Notes: generated from the sequence alone by a model not told the origin. DNA of 64,000 nucleotides from Thermoanaerobaculaceae bacterium (GCA_963712665.1 CAVQIV010000024.1:271525-335524), one strand, 5' to 3'. Counted from the first letter of the stretch, positions 49,670-60,079 are shown. Numbers and translations are program-made.

Positions 49670-50683
49670 CGGGACCGGGGATCGTCTACCTCGTGGGCGC
49701 CGGACCCGGAGATCCGCGGCTGATCACCGTCCTGGGTCTCGACTGCCTGCGGCAGGCCGACGTGGTGGTCTACGACCGGCTGATCTCGCCTGCCCTCCTC
49801 GCCGAAGCGCCGCCTGAAGCGGAGAGGATCTACGTGGGCAAGGCCCCGGGCGAGCACGCCTGTCCCCAGGAGGAGATCAATGCTCTCCTGGTGCACCACG
49901 CCCAAGCCGGCCGCGTGGTGGTGCGCCTCAAGGGGGGAGATCCCTTCGTCTTCGGCCGCGGCGCCGAAGAAGCCCTGGCGTGCGCCGAAGCCGGCGTGGC
50001 CTGGGAGGTGGTGCCAGGCATCTCCGCCCCCGTGGCCGTGCCCGCGCTGGCCGGCATCCCCGTGACCCACCGGGAGCTGGCCGCAGGCTTCGCCGTGGTG
50101 ACCGGTCATTGCGCTCCCAAAGGGGATCAATCCGACCGCCAGGACTGGGCCGCCCTGGCCCGCGTCGAGACCCTCGTCATCCTCATGGGCCTTGACCCGC
50201 CTCCCCCAGATCGCCGCCGCCCTCCTCTTCCACGGCCGGGGAGCGAACACCCCCGTGGCGGTCATCGCCCAAGGGACCCTGCCGGAAGAGAAAGTCGTGG
50301 TCTCGACTCTGGGCACCATCGCCGGCGACGTGGCCTCAGCCGGCCTCAAAGCGCCGGCGACGATCGTGGTGGGGGAGGTGGTGCGGATGCGCGAGCGGCT
50401 GCGGGGCGTGAGGTCAGTGTTCCACGAGCTTCCGCAGTCCGAGGCTGAAGAGGGAGAGGAGCTCCCTGGTCAGGTTCTGGCGGACCGCCTGTTTTATGGC
50501 TACCAGACCGTCCGTCCCATAGTAGAGCGGTATGATGGCAAGACAGCCAGTGCTTGGCTTTTCGGGATGAACCCATGGTTTGGGGATGAGGCGCCCGCCT
50601 ACGTGTTGAGGCATAGTGATCGCATCGAGACCTGGGAAACGGTCATTCATGCCGCGCAGGATTTCGCGGAGTTCAAACCCTGA
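49666..50683 (+). pseudogene. cobA: uroporphyrinogen-III C-methyltransferase, one frameshift near 50193; ORF continues without a stop into a DUF2384-like antitoxin C-terminal domain
   Basis: VYLVGAGPGDPRLITV, RLKGGDPFVFGRG, VPGISA and GEVVRMRERL, then about 90 aa resembling the antitoxin at 57033..57614. Confidence 0.85.
50407..50683 (+). CDS. truncated Xre/DUF2384-type antitoxin C-terminal domain (possible internal GTG start, in frame with cobA)
   Basis: ASAWLFGMNPWFGDEAPAYVLRHSD..ETWETVIHAAQDF aligns with AQAWFFGRNSQLDGRAPAFALREGKDPEDWSFVVTAAKTF of the paralog. The HTH part is absent. Confidence 0.5.
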
Positions 50684-51525
50684 AGAGCGGAGACCTGGTC
50701 TGGAGGGTTGGGTATCATGCCGCTCCCCTAGAGTTCCCTCCGTATGAGCACTTCGGTAAAGGCAGGTTTGATGACCAACCGAAGATGTTTCGGACTCTTT
50801 ACTGCGCCGAAAGCCCTCTCACTAGCCTTCGCGAGACGCTGAGCCAATTTCGGCCATCTGTCGCAGCACGCAGAGACTTCGCACGCTTCGGCAGGCCGAC
50901 GTGGCCCGATGTCACGCTCGAATGGCGGCAGCAGAACGTCTTGGTCTCGGCAGAGATTGAAATCTCTTCCGGGAGTCTGCTCTCTCTCGGAGATCCAGGG
51001 TTGCTGGTATCTCTCGAAGTCGAGCTCGCAGACCTGTTGTTGGACCTGCGCATCGAGAACCTGACCTTGGGCGAGATTCAGGGAAAGAATCGGCAACTGA
51101 CGCAGGCGATCGCCCGCGCAGTTTTCGGCCGCGGAGCCGCAGGAGTTGTGTTCCCCTCACAGTTCGACGGACGCTGGTGTGCCGGTCTCTTCGAAGGCAA
51201 GGCGCGGCTTCTAGGGCGGAGCGCTCCGCAGTCTCTCGTGGAGGAGCAACCCGAGTTCAGAGAGGTCTGCGGAGAATATGGTTTGCACCCCTCCTCGCTA
51301 CTTCCTCTAATCATATCCGAGGAGTGCGTGCGTCGACGATGTCCCGAGCGGGCGTCCTGGAGGAGACTTGGGCAACTGATCTGTTCTCCGCAATCGAGAA
51401 GTCGCGAAGTGCAGCCGCAGGATTATCCGCGGCGATATAGTCGTGGATCTCGTTCAGCTAACGCTCCGCTTCTCGGTCCACCTTATCTTGTCCACGAAGA
51501 GATTCTCTGGCCCATCTCTTCATAG
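50680..51525 (+). CDS. RES-domain toxin (paralog 1); no canonical start before the conserved N-terminus, 3' end longer than paralog 2
   Basis: LKSGDLVWRVG...GRFDD..KMFRTLYCAESPLTSLRETL...GVVFPSQ gives the R-E-S residues. The first ATG (50785) would delete the conserved N-terminus. Confidence 0.7.
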   Translation: MKSGDLVWRVGYHAAPLEFPPYEHFGKGRFDDQPKMFRTLYCAESPLTSLRETLSQFRPSVAARRDFARFGRPTWPDVTLEWRQQNVLVSAEIEISSGSLLSLGDPGLLVSLEVELADLLLDLRIENLTLGEIQGKNRQLTQAIARAVFGRGAAGVVFPSQFDGRWCAGLFEGKARLLGRSAPQSLVEEQPEFREVCGEYGLHPSSLLPLIISEECVRRRCPERASWRRLGQLICSPQSRSREVQPQDYPRRYSRGSRSANAPLLGPPYLVHEEILWPISS

Positions 51526-51743
51526 CTGATCGTACGATCCTTCTGCGAGTCCTCAAGGCCACGCTCAATCATGCGAGCCAGAGCCAACTCGTGCAGAATC
51601 TCGTCGAAAGCGCTGTCGTCCGGTTGACCGTGGACAATTTTCAAGATTCGATCTTTGGCTGTCTCCCCTGATGATCGCCATGACTGACTCCCTTCGCGGT
51701 GACATCTCTTCAGCAGAGTAGCGGCCCGCTCGGTGAGCGTCAA
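51483..51743 (-). CDS. small antitoxin-like hypothetical protein
   Basis: 86 aa. The C-terminus FDEILHELALARMIERGLEDSQKDRTISYEEMGQRI resembles addiction-module antidote tails. Family uncertain. Confidence 0.4.
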   Translation of the reverse strand: MTLTERAATLLKRCHREGSQSWRSSGETAKDRILKIVHGQPDDSAFDEILHELALARMIERGLEDSQKDRTISYEEMGQRISSWTR

Positions 51744-51776
51744 GGCTTGGAGGTGGTGCGGCTGCGGGCCGTGCGC

Positions 51777-52480
51777 TCAGCGCTCCACGATCTTTCGCAG
51801 CCAGATCTCGAACATCTGCCGCACGTCCTCCACCTCGTCGGCTGAGAACCGCCGGCGGATGCGGAACTCCACCGCGTTGCCGTCGAGGAGGGGGAAGACG
51901 GCGGGGTCGACCTCGGCGGCGAGAGGGGAGCGGGTGGCTTGGCCAGGACCGGCCGCTCCGCTGCGTCCTCTTCGGACGGCTTGCGCGCCTCTCCTGTCCG
52001 CAGCTTCGCGTACTCCAGCGTCTCCTTGTACTCGCCCAGGAAGTCGTCCACCGAGTTCTCGTTGAATCCCTCGTCCAGGATCAGGGTCAGCCGCAGGGTC
52101 TGGGCCGAGGGCAGATCCGGCCCGTAGCGCTCCCACAGCCGGGAGTGGAGCGGGGGGAGGAGCGCCGCCTGCTTGAGCAGCCGGTCGCGATTCTCCGAGC
52201 CCTCCGGCTCGTCGAGCAGGATGCGCAGGGCCCGCCCCGAGAGCTTCACCAGCGTGTCCCCCTCCAGCAATCCGAAAGCCCGCAGAGCCGCGATCGTCTG
52301 CTTGCCGCCGCTGCTCTTCGGCGAATACCCCCAGTGAGCCGCCGCCGTCTCCGGTCGCGCCGCGTTGCGCTGCTCCGCCTCGTAGAACGCCCGCGCCCGG
52401 TCCAAGGCCTCCCGCAGTCCGATGAATGGGAACGACGGGCTGCGGACCTTCCTGCGGGAGCTTGTCTCGGAGTCGTCCAT
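51777..52480 (-). pseudogene. hypothetical protein, one 3' frameshift as sequenced
   Basis: MDDSETSS...FPFIGLREALDRARAFY... continues into frame 51777..52136 (...FPLLDGNAVEFRIRRRFSADEVEDVRQMFEIWLRKIVER). No family recognised. Confidence 0.5.
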
Positions 52481-52722
52481 GACTTTGTCATTCTTTATCT
52501 CCGGGCCGGAGATAAGCAAGGCCAGAGACAGACGATAAATCGGGAGACAGGCACGAGCGGCTGACACTCTGGGTGCGAGCGGCTTCGGTCCTCGGGAAAA
52601 CCCTGTGGAATACGGGTGGATATCGTTGTCTTGGGTGTTCCTGGAGCCTGTCGGAATGGTCTCCGTCGCCCGGCGATCTCACTGCCCGAGCGGCGTTCTG
52701 CTACACTCGCTAGTCGTAGCCA

Positions 52723-55700
52723 ATGGAAGCCTCACCCAAAAAGAAAAGGCCGCCCCCCAAGCCCGCCTCCAGGAAGCGCCGCGAGCCGCGGCAGCCGGAC
52801 GTGACCGAGCCGGCCGGCGATTCCTCGCACTACTCCTTTCCCATCGTCGGTATCGGGGCCTCCGCCGGCGGTCTCGAGGCCTTCCGGCAGTTGCTGCAAA
52901 ATCTGCCCGCGGACACCGGCGCGGCCTTCGTCCTGGTGCAGCACCTGGACCCCAAGCACGAGAGCATCCTGCCCGCGCTCCTCGCCCGCGCCACCACGAT
53001 GCCGGTGGACGAGGTGCGGGACAGCGTGAAGATCGAGCCCGACCACGTCTACGTGATCCCGTCTCACATGGACCTGGCGATCGCGGAGGGGCACCTGAGG
53101 CTCTTGCCGCGGACGGTGCCGCCGGACCGGCACATGCCGGTCGACCTCTTCTTTCGCACGCTGGCGGAGGCTGAAGGCGGCAAGGCCATCGGGGTGGTCC
53201 TTTCAGGGACCGCTTCCGACGGCACCCTGGGGCTCGAGGCGATCAGGGCCGCCGGCGGCATCTGCCTGGCGCAGGACCCGCAGTCCGCCGGGTTCGACGG
53301 CATGCCGCGCAGCGCCATCGCGGCGGGCTGTGTCGACATCGTCCTGCCTCCCGACGGCCTCGCCCTGGAGATCGCGCGGCTGGTCAGCGGCTCCTACCTC
53401 CGGCAGCCGCGCGGCGAGCCGGCACACGAGGAGCTGCTCGCAGCCGAGCGGGGTGGTCTCGAGATGATCTTCGCGCTGCTGAGGAAGGCCACGGGCAGGG
53501 ATCTCGCCGGATACAAGAAGCCGACGCTGTTGCGCCGCATCCGGCGGCGCATGGCGCTCTGCCAGAGCGAAGGGCTCGCGGACTACGCCAGACGTCTGGA
53601 GAGCCACCCCGCGGAGGTCCAGGACCTGTATCAGGACCTGCTGATCAACGTCACCTCCTTCTTCCGAGACCCGGAGGCCTTCGCCGCCTTGTGCCGGGAC
53701 GTGCTCCCGCGGTTGCTGCAGGACCGGCCCGCCGACGCGCCGTTCCGGGTGTGGGTGCCCGGCTGCTCGACGGGCGAGGAGGTGTATTCGATCGCCATCT
53801 GCCTCCTGGAGAGCTTCGACGGCCTCAACGGCGGGCCGCCCATCCAGATCTTCGGCACGGACATCCGCGACGGCGCCGTGGAAACGGCGCGGGCCGGGAC
53901 CTACCTGGAGAACATCGCCGCCGACGTCTCTCCCGAGCGCCTGGCGCGCTTCTTCGCCAAGGCGGACGGCCACTACCAGGTGATCAAGGCCATCCGCGAC
54001 GTGTGCGTCTTCGCCCGCCACGACCTGATCCGGGACCCGCCCTTCTCCCGCCTCGACCTCATCAGTTGCCGCAACGTCCTCATCTACCTCGAGCCCGTCG
54101 TGCAGCGGCGGGTGATGGCCAACTTCCACTACGCCTTGAATCCCAAGGGCGTCCTCGTCCTGGGAAGCTCGGAGACGGCCGGCGGGTCATCCGACCTGTT
54201 CCTGCCGGTCGACGCGAGCACAAGGTCTTCGCCCCGGTAGAGAGGGTGGCCCACAGCGTCCCCGGCCCCGGCGCGGGCACCTACCGGGAGGGGCCGTCTT
54301 CGGCACCCGGGCGAGCCGTCACCCGCGACGCCGGGGACCGCGGCGACGTGCAGCGGGAGGCCGACCGGATCCTGCTCAGCGGTACGGCCCGGCGGGCGTC
54401 CTCGTCGACGAGAACCTGGACATCCTGCAGTTCCGCGGCGACACCCATCCCTACGTCGAGCACGCGCCCGGCGACGCGAGCCTCAGCCTGCTCCGGATGA
54501 TCCCGAGGGTCTGCTGGCCGGGCTGCGCGAGGCGATCCAGGAGGCCCGGGCCACCCGCGCGCCGGTCCGCCGGCAGGGACTGACGTTCCGCCACCACGAA
54601 AGTTTCCGCAGCGTGGACATTGAGGCCGTCCCCGTCCAGGGGCGTTCCTCCGGACAGCTCTGCTTCCTCGTGCTCTTCTCGGAGCCACCAGACGTCCAGC
54701 GGGGACCGGAGCAACCCCCGCCGACCCTCCCCAGGCGAGAGGCGGACCGCCAGATCGCCCACCTGGAGCGCGAGCTGGCGTCGACCCAGCAGTACCTGCA
54801 GGCCGTCATCGAGGACCAGAGCGCCGCCAACGAGGAGCTGCAGGCCGCCAACGAGGAGATCCTCTCCAGCAACGAGGAGCTGCAGAGCCTCAACGAGGAG
54901 CTGGAGACCGCCAAGGAAGAGCTCCAGTCGAGCAACGAAGAGCTCAACACGCTGAACGAGGAGCTGCAGAACCGCAACCTGGAGCTGGACCTGCTCGGCG
55001 ACGACCTGATCAACCTGCTCTCCAGTCTCCACATCCCGGTGGTCCTGCTGAGCCCGGACCTGCGCCTGCGCCGCTTCACCCCCGCGGCCGCGCGGCTGAT
55101 GAACCTCCTTCCCGCGGACGTCAACCGGCCGCTGAACGACATCCGGCCCAACTTCGACCTGCCCAGCCTGGAGGTGGCGATCCTGGAGGCGATCGAGACC
55201 GTCACCCTGATCGAGCGGGAGGTCCAGGACCGCCAGGGGTGCTGGTACTCGCTGCGCATCCGGCCCTACAAGACCCGGGATAACCGGATCGACGGCGCGG
55301 TGATGGTGCTGGTGGACGTCGACGCCCTGAAGCGCGGCGCCGTGGAGGTTGCCGAGGCCCGCGACTTCGCGGACGCCATCATCGAGACGGTGCGGGAGCC
55401 TCTCCTCGTGCTGGACGCGGAGCTGCGGGTGGAGAGGGCGAACCGCAACTTCTACGACTCCTTCCGGGTGCGGCGGGAGGAGACGGAAGGCCGGCTCCTC
55501 AAGGATCTGGGCAACGGCCAGTGGAACGTCCCCGAGCTGCGCGAGGCGCTGCGGTCCATCCTCGCGGACGACCACGAGATCCAGGATTTCGAGGTGGAGC
55601 GCGAGATTCCCGCAGATCGGCCGCCGGACGATGGTGCTCAATGCCCGCCGGGTGCGGCGGGACGGTCGCGGAGCGGAGAAGATCCTGGTCGCCATCGAGG

Positions 55701-56965
55701 ACCGGACGGAGGTCAAGCGAGCGGAGGAGGAGCGCGCCCTGCTGGCCCGCCAGGCCGAGGAGGCCAGCCGGCTCAAGGACGAGTTCCTGGCCACGGTCTC
55801 ACACGAGCTGCGCGGCCCCTTGAGCGCCATGGCCGGGTGGGTCCACGTGCTGGCGGCGGGCCAGGCGGACGCGGCGACCCTCGCCCGCGGGCTGGCGGCG
55901 ATCGATCGCAACGTCCAGGCGCAGGCGCGGCTCATCGAGGATCTCCTGGACGCCGCCCGGATCACGACGGGGAAGCTGCGCCTGTCTCCTCGCGTGATCG
56001 ACCTGCTGCCGGTGGTCGAGGCGGCCGTCGAGACCGTGCGCGCGGCGGCCGACGCCAAGGGCGTCGCCCTCGAGCTCGCGCACGACGACGCGCGTCAACA
56101 CCGTCCTGGGCGATCCGGACCGCCTGCAGCAGATCGCCTGGAACCTGCTCTCGAACGCCGTGAAGTTCACGCCGCGCGGCGGCCGCGTCGAAGCCTGGCT
56201 GGGCCGCGTGGAGAGCTCGATCCGCCTGCGGGTCCGCGACACGGGCCAGGGCATCAGCCCGGAGTTCCTGCCCCACGTCTTCAAGCGCTTCCGCCAGGAG
56301 GAGAGCACCCCGGCCCGGAGCCAGACCGGGCTCGGCCTCGGACTGTCCATCGTGCGCCACCTGTCGAGCTGCACGGCGGGACGGTGTCGGTGACGAGCCC
56401 GGGGGAGGGACGGGGGGCGACGTTCACGGTGGCCCTCCCGGTCCCGGCGCTCCTCATGACGGAGCCGGAAGACGGGCAGCCGGCGAGGATTGAGACCGGC
56501 GACGGGCGGCCACTCGCAGGTCTGCGCCTGCTGGTCGTCGAAGATGAGGACACCGGCCGGGAGATGCTCGTCGCGCTCCTCGAACAGTACGGTGCCGAAG
56601 TGGTCGCGGCCGCCTCGGCCGAAGAGGCCCTGGCGGCGTTGGAACGCATCGTTCCGGATGTGCTGCTGAGCGACATCGGAATGCCGGGGCAGAGCGGTTA
56701 CGATCTGCTGCGCCGGGTGCGGTCGCTCTCCGTCGATCGCGGCTCCCGGGTCCCAGCCATCGCCTTCACCGCCTATTCCTCCGACCAGGACCGCCTGACC
56801 TCCCTCGACGCCGGTTTCCAGGCCCATCTCGCCAAGCCGGCGGACCCCGCCCGGCTGGTCGCGATGATCACCGCGCTCGCGCAGCGGGGGGGGGAGATCC
56901 GCTCCCGGGTGTATGAGCCGGTGCCTTCGGACCGGGATTGTACAAGCGTACATCGAGACATCTAG
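52723..56965 (+). pseudogene. CheB-CheR fusion / PAS / coiled-coil / histidine kinase / receiver multidomain signalling protein, about 5 frameshifts as sequenced
   Basis: CheB (IVGIGASAGGLEAF), CheR (VWVPGCSTGEEVYS), an NEEL coiled-coil repeat, PAS, H-box [20 protein letters not shown], and REC (LLVVEDEDTGR...LLSDIGMPG). Confidence 0.85.
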
Positions 56966-56978
56966 TTACGCACACACG

Positions 56979-57080
56979 CTGAAGAGCGGAGACGAGGTCT
57001 GGAGGTTGGGGTAGCCTCGGGCTGGGCTTGGGGTGGAAAATGGGGTAGGATTTCGATGGGCAAAGGCAGGTGCAAACGTG
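56979..57080 (+). pseudogene. relic of a RES-toxin 5' end (LKSGDEVWRLG-stop)
   Basis: 56979-57014 is 31/36 identical to 50680-50715, the start of RES paralog 1. A shared AAAGGCAGGT lies at a similar offset (about 80 nt). Confidence 0.55.
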
Positions 57081-57614
57081 AGGTGCAACGCCCGGAACTG
57101 GAGGCCAGCAGTGAGGACCGACAAGAGCACGCAGAGTGAATCCAGGCCGCCTTCGGCTGCGAGACGGGTGCTCCAGTCAAAAAGCCCCAAACCCGCGGGC
57201 CGGACGACGAAAGTTGCGGTGACGGGAGGCCCGGAAGAGGACCGGACGAGTCTGATCGAGCGTCAGGCTGTCACCTCGGACATCGCCAAGGTCGCCGGTT
57301 ACCTTCAGGAGCACCTGGGACAGAAGGTGACGGCCTATCTCAGCGGTGTCAAAGACGCGAAGCTCGTCGGACAGTGGGCTGCGGGTAAGGTCCAGCCTCG
57401 TCCGATGCCGAGCTTCCGTCTGCGGTCCGCCTATCAAGCGGCCCGCTACCTGGTCGATGCTTACGGCAGTGAGACGGCTCAGGCTTGGTTCTTCGGCAGG
57501 AACAGTCAGCTCGACGGCCGAGCCCCTGCTTTCGCCCTCCGGGAGGGCAAGGATCCGGAAGACTGGAGCTTCGTCGTCACTGCGGCCAAGACGTTCGTGG
57601 AGACGGTGCCCTGA
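57033..57614 (+). CDS. Xre/DUF2384-type antitoxin of the RES toxin (MbcA/ParS-like)
   Basis: HTH-like YLSGVKDAKLVGQWAAGKVQP plus a C-terminal DUF2384-like domain. The true start is probably the GTG at 57219, because the 5' part is toxin-relic derived. Confidence 0.7.
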   Translation: MENGVGFRWAKAGANVRCNARNWRPAVRTDKSTQSESRPPSAARRVLQSKSPKPAGRTTKVAVTGGPEEDRTSLIERQAVTSDIAKVAGYLQEHLGQKVTAYLSGVKDAKLVGQWAAGKVQPRPMPSFRLRSAYQAARYLVDAYGSETAQAWFFGRNSQLDGRAPAFALREGKDPEDWSFVVTAAKTFVETVP

Positions 57615-58246
57615 AGCGCGGCTTCCAGGTGTGGCGAGTCGGGCACGTCTCCAGTCCTCTGGGGTTCCCGCCGTACCCCGGATGGGGAAATCGATTCGAT
57701 GATCCCAGGAAGCGCTTCCGCACCCTCTACTGCGCGCGATACCGGCTGACCTGCCTGCGCGAGACCCTCGGCGAGCTCCGGCCGGATCTCGAAACCCTCC
57801 AAGCGTTCAGAGACCTTCATGACGAAACCGTCCTTGCCGCGGGACGAGTAGGCTGGGAGTGGAGGGAAAAGAATGCCCTGGCTCCAGCCCGTATCGAGAT
57901 CTCCCACGGTGAGCTCGTCCGCCTCGACGACTTGGAGATTCGAATGATGTTGGAGTGGGACTACTTGGACATCCTCGTCTCTCACGGAGTCAAGAGACTG
58001 GACATCTCGACGCTCCGGAGTAAGGAGCGAGCTGTGACGCAGGAGATCGCGGGGGCTCTTTTCGATCAGGAAGCCGCGGGGATCGTGTATCGATCGAACA
58101 TAGACGACCAGCTTTGCGTGGCCCTCTTTGAGGGCAGAGCTCGTCTCGTCCCCACCGGTGATCCCGAGCTGCTGACTGAGCCGGTCAGGGCACTGGGAAG
58201 AGTCTGCAAGGAGCTCGGCCTGATTCTGTCGCGTCATCTCGTCTAA
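57611..58246 (+). CDS. RES-domain toxin (paralog 2)
   Basis: VWRVG...GNRFDDPRKRFRTLYCARYRLTCLRETL...GIVYRSN gives the R-E-S residues. It begins at a CTG overlapping the antitoxin TGA, or at the GTG at 57629. Confidence 0.8.
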   Translation: MKRGFQVWRVGHVSSPLGFPPYPGWGNRFDDPRKRFRTLYCARYRLTCLRETLGELRPDLETLQAFRDLHDETVLAAGRVGWEWREKNALAPARIEISHGELVRLDDLEIRMMLEWDYLDILVSHGVKRLDISTLRSKERAVTQEIAGALFDQEAAGIVYRSNIDDQLCVALFEGRARLVPTGDPELLTEPVRALGRVCKELGLILSRHLV

Positions 58247-58277
58247 GAGAGCCACGAGGCCCGCATTTCAAATCCTC

Positions 58278-58292
58278 TGGCACTCCCTGTGC
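58278..58292 (+). promoter_or_regulatory. weak sigma-54-like -24/-12 element
   Basis: cTGGCACtccctgTGCAt, with one mismatch in the -12 TTGC. It sits about 50 nt upstream of the ATG at 58343. Confidence 0.3.
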
Positions 58293-58342
58293 ATTCTTCC
58301 GGGGACGTCGCAACGACGTGGGGCGCCGCCCCGGAGGAGACC

Positions 58343-60022
58343 ATGCCGCTCTCGCTCAAGCCGGAGCACCTGAAACGCTACAAGGACATCGCCCGCTTGC
58401 TGATCCAGCACGGGCGTGGAGACCTGGTGAAGTCGATCGACCCCGAGGATCTCGAGGGTCCCATCGCGGAGGAAGCGGGGGACGCGAAGGGCGATCCGGA
58501 GAAGCTCGCCAAGGACCTGGAGTCCCTGGGACCGACCTTCATCAAGCTCGGCCAGCTTCTCTCCACCCGCTCGGACCTGCTGCCCGGGCCGTACCTCGAC
58601 GCCCTCGCCCGGCTGCAGGACAAAGTCGAGCCCTTCTCCTTCGCCGAGGTGGAGGAGATCGTCTCGTCGGAGCTGGGCGTGCGGCTGTCCAAGGCCTTCC
58701 AGGAGTTCGAATCCATGCCCCTGGCCGCCGCGTCGCTGGGGCAGGTGCACCGGGCGCGGCTGAGAGACGGCCGGCCGGTGGCCGTGAAAGTGCAGCGCCC
58801 CAACATCCGGCAGACCATTCTCGACGACCTGGAGGCTTTCGAGCAGATCGCCGGGGTCATCGACCGCCACACGGAAGTGGGCCGGCGCTTCGCCTTCCGG
58901 GACATGCTGGAGGAGTTCCGCAAGACCCTGTTGCGCGAGCTCGACTACCGGCGCGAGGCGCAGAACCTCGTCGTGCTCGCCACCAATCTCAAAGAGTACG
59001 AGCGCCTGGTGATCCCCCGGCCGGTCGAGGACTACAGCACGGCGCGCGTGCTGACCATGGACTACGTGCGCGGGACGAAGATCACCGATCTCTCTCCTCT
59101 GGCCAGGATCGACATCGACGGCCGGATCCTGGCCGAAGACCTGTGCCGGGCCTACCTCGATCAGATCCTGGTGGACGGCTTCTTCCACGCCGATCCCCAC
59201 CCGGGAAATCTGATGGTGACGGACGACGGCCGGCTGGCCCTGCTGGATCTCGGGATGGTGGCGCACGTCGACCCCGTGATGCAGGAGCAACTGCTCAAGC
59301 TTCTCCTCGCCCTCACCGAGGGGAAGGGCCATGAGGCGGCGAAGATCACGGTGCAGATAGGCACTCCCCTGGAGGATTACGACGAGGCCCGCTACCGTCG
59401 GGCCGTTTCCGACATGGTAGGGGCCTACCAGAACGTCTCGGGCGAGCAGATCCAGGTAGGGCGGGCGATCATCGGTCTGGCCCGGCTGTCGGCCGAGAAC
59501 GGCGTGCGCCCCGCGCCCGAGCTGAGCATGATGGGCCGCGCCCTCTTGCATCTCGACGAATCGGCCCGCGCCCTCGATCCGCAGCTCAATCCCAACCAGA
59601 CGGTGCGGCAGTACAGCGACTCCCTGATGCGCCGCCACATGCTGAAGAAGCTCTCGCCCGGCAACATCTTCGCTTCGGCCCTGGAGCTCCAGGAATTCCT
59701 CCAGCAGCTCCCGGGGCGGATGAACTCGGTGCTCGACAACCTGGCGGGCAACAAGGTGCAGTTGAAGATCGACGCCTTCGACGAGACCCGGCTCATGGAC
59801 AACCTGCAGAAGATCGCCAACCGCATCGCCCTGGGCCTGGTGCTGGCGGCCCTCATCGTGGGCGCGGCGCTCTTGATGCAGGTGCAGACCCGGTTCCGCC
59901 TCTTCGGCTACCCGGGCCTCGCCATGATCCTCTTCCTGCTGGCGGCGGCCTGCGGCTTCGTCCTCGTCGGCAGCATCTTCCTCAACGACGACTGGAGGGT
60001 CTGGCGCAAGTCGCAGCGGTGA
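58343..60022 (+). CDS. ABC1/UbiB-family atypical kinase
   Basis: GPTFIKLGQLLSTRSDLLP, AAASLGQVHRA, HADPHPGN and DLGMV motifs, with C-terminal TM helices. Confidence 0.85.
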   Translation: MPLSLKPEHLKRYKDIARLLIQHGRGDLVKSIDPEDLEGPIAEEAGDAKGDPEKLAKDLESLGPTFIKLGQLLSTRSDLLPGPYLDALARLQDKVEPFSFAEVEEIVSSELGVRLSKAFQEFESMPLAAASLGQVHRARLRDGRPVAVKVQRPNIRQTILDDLEAFEQIAGVIDRHTEVGRRFAFRDMLEEFRKTLLRELDYRREAQNLVVLATNLKEYERLVIPRPVEDYSTARVLTMDYVRGTKITDLSPLARIDIDGRILAEDLCRAYLDQILVDGFFHADPHPGNLMVTDDGRLALLDLGMVAHVDPVMQEQLLKLLLALTEGKGHEAAKITVQIGTPLEDYDEARYRRAVSDMVGAYQNVSGEQIQVGRAIIGLARLSAENGVRPAPELSMMGRALLHLDESARALDPQLNPNQTVRQYSDSLMRRHMLKKLSPGNIFASALELQEFLQQLPGRMNSVLDNLAGNKVQLKIDAFDETRLMDNLQKIANRIALGLVLAALIVGAALLMQVQTRFRLFGYPGLAMILFLLAAACGFVLVGSIFLNDDWRVWRKSQR

Positions 60023-60079
60023 AGACCCTGGAGGCGCCGGGGATGGTGAGAGCCCCGGCGTTTCGGATATCGTTCTCCC

